Shown here piece by piece: positions 37,034 through 45,947 of a stretch of DNA of 47,149 nucleotides; within the stretch, counting starts at the first letter, position 1; each line of letters begins with the position of its first letter. This DNA comes from Deltaproteobacteria bacterium (lineage in GTDB: Bacteria; Desulfobacterota; WTBG01; CAIYCZ01; CAIRTM01). The translations under genes and the position numbers were made by a program. The notes under the pieces were generated by a model. That model was not told the origin of the DNA and did not search any database. It worked only from the letters and a program-made list of their open reading frames with translations. The DNA lies in the NCBI GenBank assembly GCA_016932595.1, contig JAFGCP010000019.1:1-47149 (forward strand). The letters run 5' to 3'.

Positions 37034-37480
37034 ATGACAGACAACCCTTCATGCTGCGAACCCGCAGTAAAGACATACAGCACATTTGAAGAATTTCGGG
37101 GACTCGCCGTTCGGAGCCTTGATACCACGGATAAATGCATCTTTTACTGCGGCGCTGTTGAGAACCTTGCCGCGGTGTTTGATGAAGAATTCGACCGGGG
37201 CTTTTACATTCCGACACGTGCCAAACGCGGCATCGCCCTGCAGATGCTCATTCCTGATCGGCCGGAATTATATGACTACAAAAGCCGCGACAGCCACGAA
37301 AACCGCGAAACCAGATTCCTGCGACCGGACATGCCCATGGACACATCGTTCATGATCTATGACGACACGGTCATTTTCTTTTCCGATGCCGGTACGCGAC
37401 GCGCCTTTGAAGTCACTTCGCCCTATGTAGCACAAACCATGAAAGTTCTTTTTAACGATATCTGGCGAATGACGCCCTAA
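37034..37480 (+). CDS. hypothetical protein (148 aa) with N-terminal CC pair
   Basis: GAAAGGAA RBS before the ATG at 37034. MTDNPSCCEPAVKTYSTFEEF... No family recognised. The track ORF starts further upstream, inside the leader. Confidence 0.6.
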   Translation: MTDNPSCCEPAVKTYSTFEEFRGLAVRSLDTTDKCIFYCGAVENLAAVFDEEFDRGFYIPTRAKRGIALQMLIPDRPELYDYKSRDSHENRETRFLRPDMPMDTSFMIYDDTVIFFSDAGTRRAFEVTSPYVAQTMKVLFNDIWRMTP

Positions 37481-37500
37481 ATTAACGAAAGGATGATCGC

Positions 37501-37677
37501 ATGAAAATAATCGTCGATCCAAAAAAATGCAGGGGCTCTCTTGAATGCATCAAAATCTGCCCGCAGCAAGCAATAAAGCTGGTGAACGGAAAAGCCGTCA
37601 TCGACCAGACAAAATGCGATGGTGACGGTATCTGCATACCGGCCTGCCCCAATGGCGCTATTCAGCCCGACGTATAA
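37501..37677 (+). CDS. 58-aa 4Fe-4S ferredoxin-like protein (below the ORF-track cutoff)
   Basis: My own translation: MKIIVDPKKCRGSLECIKICPQQAIKLVNGKAVIDQTKCDGDGICIPACPNGAIQPDV*. There are two C-X5-C-X3-CP motifs. It starts 20 nt after the preceding stop. Confidence 0.7.
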   Translation: MKIIVDPKKCRGSLECIKICPQQAIKLVNGKAVIDQTKCDGDGICIPACPNGAIQPDV

Positions 37678-37789
37678 TCCCGTCGGCACAAACCCCAGAG
37701 CAGGTTTCCATACCTTACTGGCCGATATGGCAGCCTGCAGTATCTCAGGGGCGGCGCAGCATGTGAAACTACTGTGATACAGTCAGCTA

Positions 37790-37818
37790 CCTCCGGCAAA
37801 GCCGGAGGCTTGCCTTTT
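37790..37818 (+). terminator. possible intrinsic terminator of the 37034-37677 operon
   Basis: CCTCCGGC-aaa-GCCGGAGG followed by CTTGCCTTTTGC. Confidence 0.4.
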
Positions 37819-37888
37819 GCTGGCCCCTCAAAGAGGCCTATTCGCAAACGGTGAAGAACAAAAACAAGCTCAGTTACGTTTTGCAGTT

Positions 37889-37962
37889 GCAGGGTGGGTG
37901 TAGCAAAGCGAAACCCACCAAATGTATTTATGCCCGTCAATGGTGGGTTTCACCCACCCTGC
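37889..37962. repeat. nested palindromic REP-like element
   Basis: The outer arms are GCAGGGTGGGTG (37889-37900) and CACCCACCCTGC (37951-37962). The inner arms are AAACCCACCA (37911-20) and TGGTGGGTTT (37941-50). A further hairpin, CCCCCAGC-aga-GCTGGGGG, lies at 38043-38061. Confidence 0.55.
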
Positions 37963-38124
37963 CGTTTCATCTTTCGGGTTTAACATCCATCATTTTTCCA
38001 AATTGCCTCTACATACTCCCGTAACTGTCAAACTCTTAGAGTCCCCCAGCAGAGCTGGGGGGTTACCTATTATTAATTAAATTTTCCTGGCTTTTCCAAA
38101 GCATGCCCCATAGCAAAGCTTGCC

Positions 38125-38164
38125 AAAAAAAAAGGGCCGACTGTGCGATTCTCAGCCGGCCCTT
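38125..38164 (-). terminator. intrinsic terminator of the TRL-like lipoprotein gene
   Basis: The minus strand reads AAGGGCCG-N17-CGGCCCTT followed by TTTTTTT. Confidence 0.7.
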
Positions 38165-38186
38165 GTATGCTTACTGATTTTTAAAA

Positions 38187-38495
38187 TCAATCACCATAAA
38201 CAGTGGTGGTATATTTACCGATAACGCCAAGTATGTTCTCAACATGATAATCGACGTATTTAATCGATTTGATACCGCCGTTCTTCACCGCTGTCTGAAT
38301 GCTGGCGTCACCTGTTGCGACCAAACCGAGCACCGACGAGGCTTCAGACTTGCCTACCTTTGTATAGCCCACAGGGCCGTCAGCAGAGGCAATGCCGGCA
38401 TCAACCTTCGTGTAGATAACGCCCATGGGCTGATACGATGCACAACCCGCAAAAACAAACCCTGTCAAAATAACAATTGCCATCAGCTTTTTCAT
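38187..38495 (-). CDS. small lipoprotein, TRL-like family
   Basis: MKKLMAIVILTGFVFAGC lipobox. Motifs G.IYT......A..G, GKSEASSVLGLVATGDASIQTA and KNGGIK.I..VD resemble the TRL domain. Confidence 0.7.
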   Translation of the reverse strand: MKKLMAIVILTGFVFAGCASYQPMGVIYTKVDAGIASADGPVGYTKVGKSEASSVLGLVATGDASIQTAVKNGGIKSIKYVDYHVENILGVIGKYTTTVYGD

Positions 38496-38936
38496 TGGTA
38501 CCTCCTTTATGTAATTAAAATGGATTTTTTACTCGATAAAACCTAAGTTTATTTATAATAGTGTATCAGTAGTGTCCCAACGTTTGAAAAATTGGCGAAT
38601 AAAATTAGCTAACCCATTGTTTTTTCATAGCGCTATCATGCGTTTAAAATTCAAATCGATGCAGGTCTGAAAAACGCTAAAACCCTTAATAAATAAGCTT
38701 ATAATCATTTTTTGTCATTCAACATTGGGACGTTTCTGATAGTGTATTATTTCAAAAAATTCAACCATGTTTCTTTACTTTTAGACACATATTATCCGTC
38801 AATTCACGAAAATTTTCTTTGTCATTCTTCCTCGTAAAAAATGACCACCCAGCGGCAATATCAGAGGCTGTTCAAGTGTTTTTGGCCTGTAATAATGCAA
38901 ACAGATTGTAGTCGGTGCAGGCCTTAAAGTCCGCTA

Positions 38937-38965
38937 TTGACAAAGGTTACTTTAACAATTAAACT
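38937..38965 (+). promoter_or_regulatory. sigma-70-like promoter TTGACA-N17-TAAACT for the AOR operon
   Basis: Consensus -35 with exact 17-nt spacing. The site lies about 40 nt upstream of the ATG at 39007. Confidence 0.5.
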
Positions 38966-39006
38966 TTTATAAAACAAACTATTCATAAGCTAAAGAAGGG
39001 AGCGCC

Positions 39007-39690
39007 ATGAACTGGGACACAGAAGAAATTAAAAACCAGCTACTAGCTGTTTCGCGGCGGGACTTTATCAAATTTTCAGGAATGGCCGTCGTTGGCATCT
39101 ATATGACCGGCTGCACCCCCGGGCTGGGCTTTAAAAAAGCCTCCTGGGGGTTCATCCTCGTTGATATGAATAAATGTCAGGGCTGCCAGTCCTGCATGCT
39201 GGCCTGCTCCCTGGTGCATGAGGGCGCCATAAACCTTTCCTCTTCACGCATCCAGGTGCTGAGCGACCCTTATGGCAAGTTCCCCGATGACATAACGATC
39301 TCGCAATGCCGCCAGTGCACGAAACCGGCCTGCCTGCAAGCCTGCCCCACGGGGGCCCTTGCCCGTGACCGCAGGCACGGCAATGTTGCCACCATTGACC
39401 CAGCCAAATGCATAGGCTGCCAAAAATGCATCAATGCATGCTCCTGGGCGCCGGCACGGGCTATCTGGAACAATGAAACAGGAAAATCGCAAAAATGTGA
39501 TCTATGCGCGAGCGCTTCATACTGGGATGAAACAGGCGGCCCAAAGGGCAAAAAGGCCTGTTTGGAAATATGCCCGATGGGGGCCATCGCCTTTTCACAT
39601 ATCATACCCGCTCAGGATGATCCGGACAGCTACAATATCGATCTGGATAACACTACCGCCCAGGCAGCTGGTGCTGCCCGCGCAGGATAA
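39007..39690 (+). CDS. Tat-signal 4x[4Fe-4S] ferredoxin-type subunit (DmsB/YdhX-like)
   Basis: Twin-arginine motif SRRDFIKF plus a hydrophobic stretch ending in MTGC. Cys clusters: CQGCQSCMLAC, CRQCTKPACLQACP, CIGCQKCINAC, CDLC...CLEICP. Confidence 0.85.
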   Translation: MNWDTEEIKNQLLAVSRRDFIKFSGMAVVGIYMTGCTPGLGFKKASWGFILVDMNKCQGCQSCMLACSLVHEGAINLSSSRIQVLSDPYGKFPDDITISQCRQCTKPACLQACPTGALARDRRHGNVATIDPAKCIGCQKCINACSWAPARAIWNNETGKSQKCDLCASASYWDETGGPKGKKACLEICPMGAIAFSHIIPAQDDPDSYNIDLDNTTAQAAGAARAG

Positions 39691-39771
39691 TCCATACCTG
39701 TCACCATGAACGGGCGTCAGTAGCGCAAGCACAGCTATAGGCGATTTCAACTCACAGTGGAGGACATCGAT

Positions 39772-41862
39772 ATGTACGGCTATACGGGCAAGCTGCTCAG
39801 AATTAACTTAACGACCAGAGCCGTTTCTGAAATGGCAACGAACGATTATACACAATGGGGAGGTGGTCACGGCATTGGCTCAGCCGTTTTTTTCGACCTT
39901 GTACCCGACAAAACAATCGGCTGCTATGACCCGGCAAATGTCGTTACCATCATGACATCGCCCCTGTCAGGAACCCTCACCCCGGGCTGCTCATCACGCT
40001 CCGAAGTTCAGGGCATCGGCGCACAGGCCTACCCTTACAGCTGGTTTACCAGAAGCGGCTTTGGCGGCAGATTTTCATCCATGCTGAAATTTGCCGGCTG
40101 GGATGGAGTGATTATTGATGGCGCTGCAGACCAACCGGTGTGGGTCGATGTCAGAAATGATTCAGTCACCATCCGCAACTGCTCGGATCTTTCCCTCTGG
40201 GGTAAAGATACCTGGGATTGCCAGGCAACACTTTGGAACTATGTACGAGGAACAGACGCTACCAATGCCTGGAGCACCCCGCAGACAGGCTCCGGCGGGC
40301 GCACAACGCAGCGGCCGGCCGTTCTTGCCATAGGGCCTGCCGGCGAGAATCTCAGCCGTTCTGCCGTCCTCATCCACGATGCAGCCTGCGCTTCGGGACA
40401 GGGCGGCTTTGGCGCTGTATGGGGCTCAAAAAAGCTCAAGGCCATAAGCGTTATCGGCACGGGAAGCATCCCTATTTATGACCCCAAGGCGCTCATGAAA
40501 ACACGCATTGATCATGTTCGCAAGTATGCCAATCATACCGATAACCCAATTTCCACCTCGATTCCGAACAATTTTCAAAGCCCGCCGGGCGCCGGGGTGG
40601 TATGGGAAATGATACCTGGATTCAAACATACTTCAGGCATGCGGCCTTCGGCATGCATCGGCTGTCACAGTGCCTGCAAGTTGCGCTATGCGGACGGGCT
40701 TGGCAATGATGCTGTCTGTTCAGATTCAGCATTTTATTGTCTGGGAGCAAAAAGCCCTGATATCGCCTATCGCGCTACCGACCTTTTGAATACATTAGGG
40801 ATCAATTCCCTTGAAGCATACTATTGCATAGGTTATGTCCTGGAACTGCTCAAAATAGGTATTATCGGCCCGGGCACGGCCATCGAATGCCCCAGCTTCA
40901 TCACCTTAGATAATTACGGAACCTATGAGTTTATTGAGCAGTTTTTAAAAATGCTGGCCTACGGAGATGACGGAAAGGGCAACCCTTCTCAGTTCGGGCA
41001 GGATATCGAACAAGGCGCCCTGCGTGCCGCTGCAAAATGGGGCAGGCTCGATGAGGATCTCGCCTCAGGTCTGCTGAACTACCCCTACTGGGGATACCCG
41101 TATCATTATGACCCCCGTGCGCAGCTTGAGTGGGGCTACGGCTCTATTCTCGGTGACCGTGACATAAATGAGCACTGCATCTACCGGCTCAAATACCTGG
41201 GTGGCGGAGCTTTTTACGGTAAGAATGAAGCGCCCATTACCATGGGAGAAGCTGTGAACATTATACTGGCTAAAATGGCCCCCTTTAACGATGATGAACT
41301 CATACTGGATTTCAGTGAGACAAATATGTATTCCGAACACATGGCAAAGTTCGTGTCGTGGCACCGTTATTATACGCGGTTCTGGAAGCAGTCTATGCTC
41401 TTCTGCGATTCGCGGTGGCCGGATTTTGTGAACCCGTATGCCGATGATTTCGTCGGCTCCACAGGTCAGGCAGAACCTGCATATCTGAAGGCAGTGACCG
41501 GCAATGATTTTTCTTTTGAGGACGGCATCGAGCTTGGCAAAAAAATCTGGAATCTTGATCATGCCATCTGGACACTGCAGGGCCGCCATCGCGACATGGT
41601 GAACTTTTCAGAATTTTATTATACGAACACCTGTAAAGATGCTGCTAAGAATTATTTTGGTAAAGTCGATGGCACATGGACCTACATAAGCGCTGAAGGA
41701 AGAACGGTTGACCGGGTAAAATTCGAGGAGTTTAAAACGGCCTTTTATGAGCTGCAGGGCTGGGATACGGCTTCGGGCTATCCGACCAGAGCAACCCTTG
41801 AATCACTCGGCATGAAAGACGTTGCCGATGAACTGTCTGCAAAAGGAAAACTCGGCTCGTGA
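39772..41862 (+). CDS. aldehyde:ferredoxin oxidoreductase-family (W/Mo-pterin) enzyme, long YdhV-like form
   Basis: MYGYTGKLLRINLTTRAVSE is the N-terminal AOR signature. GPAGENLSR, GFGAVWGSKKLKAISV and C-terminal LQGWDTASGYPTRATLESLG are also present. GGAGGA lies 7 nt before the ATG at 39772. Confidence 0.88.
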   Translation: MYGYTGKLLRINLTTRAVSEMATNDYTQWGGGHGIGSAVFFDLVPDKTIGCYDPANVVTIMTSPLSGTLTPGCSSRSEVQGIGAQAYPYSWFTRSGFGGRFSSMLKFAGWDGVIIDGAADQPVWVDVRNDSVTIRNCSDLSLWGKDTWDCQATLWNYVRGTDATNAWSTPQTGSGGRTTQRPAVLAIGPAGENLSRSAVLIHDAACASGQGGFGAVWGSKKLKAISVIGTGSIPIYDPKALMKTRIDHVRKYANHTDNPISTSIPNNFQSPPGAGVVWEMIPGFKHTSGMRPSACIGCHSACKLRYADGLGNDAVCSDSAFYCLGAKSPDIAYRATDLLNTLGINSLEAYYCIGYVLELLKIGIIGPGTAIECPSFITLDNYGTYEFIEQFLKMLAYGDDGKGNPSQFGQDIEQGALRAAAKWGRLDEDLASGLLNYPYWGYPYHYDPRAQLEWGYGSILGDRDINEHCIYRLKYLGGGAFYGKNEAPITMGEAVNIILAKMAPFNDDELILDFSETNMYSEHMAKFVSWHRYYTRFWKQSMLFCDSRWPDFVNPYADDFVGSTGQAEPAYLKAVTGNDFSFEDGIELGKKIWNLDHAIWTLQGRHRDMVNFSEFYYTNTCKDAAKNYFGKVDGTWTYISAEGRTVDRVKFEEFKTAFYELQGWDTASGYPTRATLESLGMKDVADELSAKGKLGS

Positions 41863-41880
41863 AAGCCTTCGCTGAGGGTA

Positions 41881-42882
41881 TCAGGCTCCTGCCCTGCCTC
41901 GGGACATCTGCACCGCCATTTTAATGGCGCTCACCAGGCTGGCCGGGCTGGCAATTCCCTTGCCGGCAATATCATAGGCTGTGCCGTGGTCAACCGAGGT
42001 GCGGATGATGGGAAGGCCGAGGGTAACGTTCACTCCCGTATCAAAATGCAGGAGCTTCAACGGAATCAGCCCCTGGTCATGATACATGCAGACAACAGCA
42101 TCATAGCGGCCCCGGGCAGCATAATAAAAAAGGGTATCTGCCGACATTGGACCGACGACATCTATACCCAGCCGACAGGCTTCAGCCACCGCAGGAGCTA
42201 TCACATTTTTCTCTTCTTCACCAAAAAGCCCGCCCTCCCCTGCATGGGGATTAAGCCCCGCAACAGCAAGACGCGGATTTTTGCCCCCAAGCACTTTCTT
42301 CAGGCTCTCGTGTGTTATCGTAATTGTCTTGAAAATTTTTTCAGTGGTGAGAAGTTGCGGCACATCGACATACGCGCAGTGTATGGTCGCCAGCACCACA
42401 CGCAGGGTTTCTCCGGCAAGCATCATAACAACATCTTTTGTGCCGGTAAGCTCGGCAAGCATCTCGGTATGGCCGGGATACTTATAGCCGGCATCATGCA
42501 GCACCATTTTATTAATGGGCGCGGTGACTATGGCATCAATCTTTGCGGCCTTTGCCATGGCAACCGCCTCGATGATGCTCCCGGCCATGGCCTTGCCGCC
42601 AGCAACTGAGGGCTTTCCATAGGATATTTCCGAAGGATTCAGGCAGGAAATTTGAATAAGCCCTGCAGCGCCGAAAGCAATTTCAGGTGGAGCAGCAGCA
42701 TCAAAAAAACAAGGCAGTCCAAGCCGGGCTGCCTCCCGTTCAAGAATACCTTTATCTCCAAAGACTACCGGGCGGCAGATCGATATAACATTTTTTTCCT
42801 GCAGGGCTTTCATTATAATTTCTGGCCCGATACCGGAAGGGTCGCCCATGGTGATGCCGATAACAGGCAGTTTGTCAGACAT
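41881..42882 (-). CDS. pdxA: 4-hydroxythreonine-4-phosphate dehydrogenase
   Basis: MSDKLPVIGITMGDPSGIGPEII ... TSVDHGTAYDIAGKG. I chose the internal ATG at 42882. The longer track ORF would overlap hisE. Confidence 0.9.
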   Translation of the reverse strand: MSDKLPVIGITMGDPSGIGPEIIMKALQEKNVISICRPVVFGDKGILEREAARLGLPCFFDAAAPPEIAFGAAGLIQISCLNPSEISYGKPSVAGGKAMAGSIIEAVAMAKAAKIDAIVTAPINKMVLHDAGYKYPGHTEMLAELTGTKDVVMMLAGETLRVVLATIHCAYVDVPQLLTTEKIFKTITITHESLKKVLGGKNPRLAVAGLNPHAGEGGLFGEEEKNVIAPAVAEACRLGIDVVGPMSADTLFYYAARGRYDAVVCMYHDQGLIPLKLLHFDTGVNVTLGLPIIRTSVDHGTAYDIAGKGIASPASLVSAIKMAVQMSRGRAGA

Positions 42883-42925
42883 AACGCACCCACAAAAAAA
42901 ACCGGGACAACGCCCCGTCTCCGGC

Positions 42926-43279
42926 CTAGTAAGCCTTTGTTTTCCTGCTCTCTTTTTCAGCAATGCCGGAAACGCCCCAGCGGCGTTGCAACTCGGCATA
43001 GACCTCATCAGGCTCTATTTCCCACTGACCCAGCAGCACCATGGTATGAAAAATAAGGTCAGCTGTTTCGTGAACAATATGGCCCCGATCCCCAAGCTCG
43101 GATGCCTCGACCAGTTCGCCGGCTTCCTCAACGATCTTGGAATGTATCTTCTTCGTTCCTTTTACGAACAGCGATGCCACATAGGAATCCGGACTGGGGC
43201 TTTCCTTGCGCTGCCGTATAACTTCATACAACCGGTCCAGAATTGCGGCGTCACTTTTTATAGACTGCTTCTTCATCAA
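42926..43279 (-). CDS. hisE: phosphoribosyl-ATP pyrophosphatase
   Basis: [46 protein letters not shown]. Confidence 0.88.
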   Translation of the reverse strand: MMKKQSIKSDAAILDRLYEVIRQRKESPSPDSYVASLFVKGTKKIHSKIVEEAGELVEASELGDRGHIVHETADLIFHTMVLLGQWEIEPDEVYAELQRRWGVSGIAEKESRKTKAY

Positions 43280-43646
43280 AAAGCTTCTCCCCTATTTCGT
43301 CAAATGAGGCGCCGTTCCACTTGCGATAGAAACATGAGCGGTACCCGGTGTGACATGCCGCTACAATCTGCTCGACCTTCATGAGAATGCAGTCTGCGTC
43401 GCAGTCGACAAACACTTCCTTGACCTGCTGCGTGTGGCCGGAGGATTCGCCCTTCATCCAGTATTTCTGCCTCGAACGGCTCCAAAAATGTGTTTTGCCT
43501 GTTTCAAGGGTGGATTTAAGAGACTCCCGATTCATGTAGGCAACCATCAGCAGTTCGCCGTTTTGATAATCCTGAACCACCACGGGCACCAGTCCGTTTG
43601 CATCGTACTTTACCGCATCTAAAATTTCCATAGCCGTTGTCTCCAA
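43251..43646 (-). CDS. hisI: phosphoribosyl-AMP cyclohydrolase
   Basis: [27 protein letters not shown]...[20 protein letters not shown]...DCD.D. An alternative start lies at 43631. Confidence 0.92.
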   Translation of the reverse strand: METTAMEILDAVKYDANGLVPVVVQDYQNGELLMVAYMNRESLKSTLETGKTHFWSRSRQKYWMKGESSGHTQQVKEVFVDCDADCILMKVEQIVAACHTGYRSCFYRKWNGASFDEIGEKLFDEEAVYKK

Positions 43647-43708
43647 AAAAATATTTAATATGTCCGCTGAAGCGGAATTATTTTGCAGGAGCAGTTGCCG
43701 AAATAAGG

Positions 43709-44485
43709 TTATACCAGCCGTACAGGAACACCCTTTGCATGCAGGTACTGCTTGACCTCCCTGATAGAGTGCGTGCGATAGTGAAAAATAGAGGCTGCCA
43801 GGACTGCATCGGCCTCGCCCTGAACGATGCCGTCATAGAGATGCTCCATGGTTCCCACCCCACCCGAGGCTATCACCGGTATGGTGACGGCCCGGGATAT
43901 TGCCTGCGTCATGGGCAGATCAAAGCCTTCCTGCGTGCCGTCGCGGTCCATGCTGGTCAGCAGTATCTCCCCTGATCCAAGGGTTTCCATCTTTCGGGCC
44001 CAGGCAACGGCATCGATGCCGGTAGGGGTTCTGCCGCCATGGATGAAAACCTCCCACGGGCTTTCGGAGTCGCTGCCGGCACGGGTACGTTTTGCATCTA
44101 CTGCCACCACAATGCACTGGCTGCCGAACTTTTCTGCGGCAGCCCGCACAAAGTCCGGTTTATTGACCGCGGCGGTATTTATGGACACCTTATCCGCCCC
44201 GGCATTGAGAAGATTGCGTATATCATCAAGGTCACGAATGCCGCCGCCAACCGTCACCGGCATAAACACCTCGGCGGCCGTGCGTTCAACCACTTCCAGA
44301 ATGATATCTCGGCGCTCATGGGAAGCGGTGATGTCGAGAAACACCAGTTCATCGGCGCCCTCGGCATCGTAAAATCTGGCATTGTCAACCGGGTCGCCGG
44401 CATCGCGCAAATTGACAAAATTGACGCCTTTCACCACACGGCCGTCCTTCACGTCGAGGCAGGGAATGATACGTTTTGCAAGCAT
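43709..44485 (-). CDS. hisF: imidazole glycerol phosphate synthase, cyclase subunit
   Basis: [23 protein letters not shown]. Confidence 0.96.
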   Translation of the reverse strand: MLAKRIIPCLDVKDGRVVKGVNFVNLRDAGDPVDNARFYDAEGADELVFLDITASHERRDIILEVVERTAAEVFMPVTVGGGIRDLDDIRNLLNAGADKVSINTAAVNKPDFVRAAAEKFGSQCIVVAVDAKRTRAGSDSESPWEVFIHGGRTPTGIDAVAWARKMETLGSGEILLTSMDRDGTQEGFDLPMTQAISRAVTIPVIASGGVGTMEHLYDGIVQGEADAVLAASIFHYRTHSIREVKQYLHAKGVPVRLV

Positions 44486-44547
44486 AAAAAAAGTTTTATT
44501 AATTCTATTGGTTACATTGGTTGAACTAATTCAACTAATTGAACAAA

Positions 44548-45279
44548 TCAAACATGATTTTGCGTCAGTGCAATTGCTTCTGTAAGGTCAAGGCCGCCCG
44601 TGTACAGGGCACGTCCGATAATAATCCCCATAATGCCTGATGATTCCACGGATAGCAGATTTTTAACATCCTCGATGCGCGACATGCCGCCGGAGGCAAT
44701 AACGGGAATTGAAATCGAGGATGCAAGTTTTGCCGTTTCTTCTACATTGGGGCCTGTAAGCATGCCGTCACGGCTGATGTCGGTATAGACGATTGACTCA
44801 ACAGCCTCAGGATCAAGCTGGCGGGCAAGATCAACTGCGCTCAGCTTGGTGCTCTCTGTCCAGCCTTGTACCGCTACCATGCCGCTCTGAGCATCTATGC
44901 CGATAATGATCCGGCCGGGATATTTTTTGCAGCATGCATCCCTGAACGCTGGATCGCGCACGGCAGCAGTTCCGAGAATCGCGTATTTCACGCCGGCGGC
45001 AAGGTATTCATCAACCGTTCTGATATCGCGGATGCCGCCGCCGAGCTCTACCTCCATGCCCACCGACGCGCATATCCTTTTCACCAGCTCCCTGTTGCGC
45101 GGCTCGCCTGACACAGCGCCGTCGAGGTCAACAATGTGCAGCCGTTGTGCGCCCAGGGACTCCCAGCGCCTGGCCACTTCCACGGGGTCGCTGGAATACA
45201 CCGTCGCATCCTCCATGCGCCCCTGCGAGAGGCGGACGGCCTGGCCGTTTTTCAAATCAATTGCGGGAATAATGATCAT
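44548..45279 (-). CDS. hisA: ProFAR isomerase
   Basis: MIIIPAIDLKNGQAVRLSQG. GAAAGG RBS before the ATG at 45279. Confidence 0.93.
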   Translation of the reverse strand: MIIIPAIDLKNGQAVRLSQGRMEDATVYSSDPVEVARRWESLGAQRLHIVDLDGAVSGEPRNRELVKRICASVGMEVELGGGIRDIRTVDEYLAAGVKYAILGTAAVRDPAFRDACCKKYPGRIIIGIDAQSGMVAVQGWTESTKLSAVDLARQLDPEAVESIVYTDISRDGMLTGPNVEETAKLASSISIPVIASGGMSRIEDVKNLLSVESSGIMGIIIGRALYTGGLDLTEAIALTQNHV

Positions 45280-45305
45280 TGAAGACCTTTCAGAAACTGG
45301 CCGCA

Positions 45306-45944
45306 CTATGCACGGTCAGCAAAAGAGGTGAAATTTTTCAGAAGCTGAAGGCCCACAGCCTGACTCTTTTCAGGATGAAACTGGCAGGCGAAAATATTGT
45401 CCTTCCAGATACTTGAAACAAATTCAGCGCCATAGCCGGTAGTGGTGGCAATGACCGCCGGGTCATCAGGAGCAACATAATAGGAATGGACAAAATAAAA
45501 ATGGGCCCCTGCTTCGATGCCGCTCAGATGCGGAGCCTGTTTTCTGACGCTCAGGACATTCCACCCCATGTGGGGAATTTTCAGGAGCCTTCCGCCTGAA
45601 TCGCGCTGTTCCGCGGGAAAGCGTACCACCCGGCCTTTGATCACATCAAGGCCGGGGCATGACCCGAATTCCTCGCTGTCTGAAAACAAAATCTGCAGGC
45701 CGAGGCAAATGCCCAGAAATGGCTTGCCAGACCTGATGGATGAAACAATGGACGATATGAGCCCGAGGCGATCGAGATTTTCAAAGCATTTTCTGAAGGC
45801 GCCGACACCGGGCAGAACAAGGGCTCGCGCATCGTCAACGGCCTGCGCCGAAGTTACTATCCCGGCAGTGCATCCGGATTTCTCAAAAGCCTTTTGAACG
45901 CTTCGCAAATTGCCCATGCCGTAGTCGATGATGGACACATGCAT
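45306..45944 (-). CDS. hisH: imidazole glycerol phosphate synthase, glutaminase subunit
   Basis: IIDYGMGNLRSVQKAFE ... PGVGAF ... GICLGLQ ... FHPEKS. Confidence 0.95.
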   Translation of the reverse strand: MHVSIIDYGMGNLRSVQKAFEKSGCTAGIVTSAQAVDDARALVLPGVGAFRKCFENLDRLGLISSIVSSIRSGKPFLGICLGLQILFSDSEEFGSCPGLDVIKGRVVRFPAEQRDSGGRLLKIPHMGWNVLSVRKQAPHLSGIEAGAHFYFVHSYYVAPDDPAVIATTTGYGAEFVSSIWKDNIFACQFHPEKSQAVGLQLLKNFTSFADRA

Positions 45945-45947
45945 TGA

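Noticed and set aside
37662-37940. 92-aa minus-strand ORF
   Set aside because: It overlaps the ferredoxin gene end and reads straight through the palindromic repeat (..GGFRFATPTLQ..). It has no RBS. It is an artefact of the REP-like sequence.
38883-38899. Sigma-54-like element TGGCCTGTAATAATGCA upstream of the AOR operon
   Set aside because: The GG to GC spacing is one nucleotide too long for a -24/-12 promoter. A consensus sigma-70 pair lies closer to the gene.
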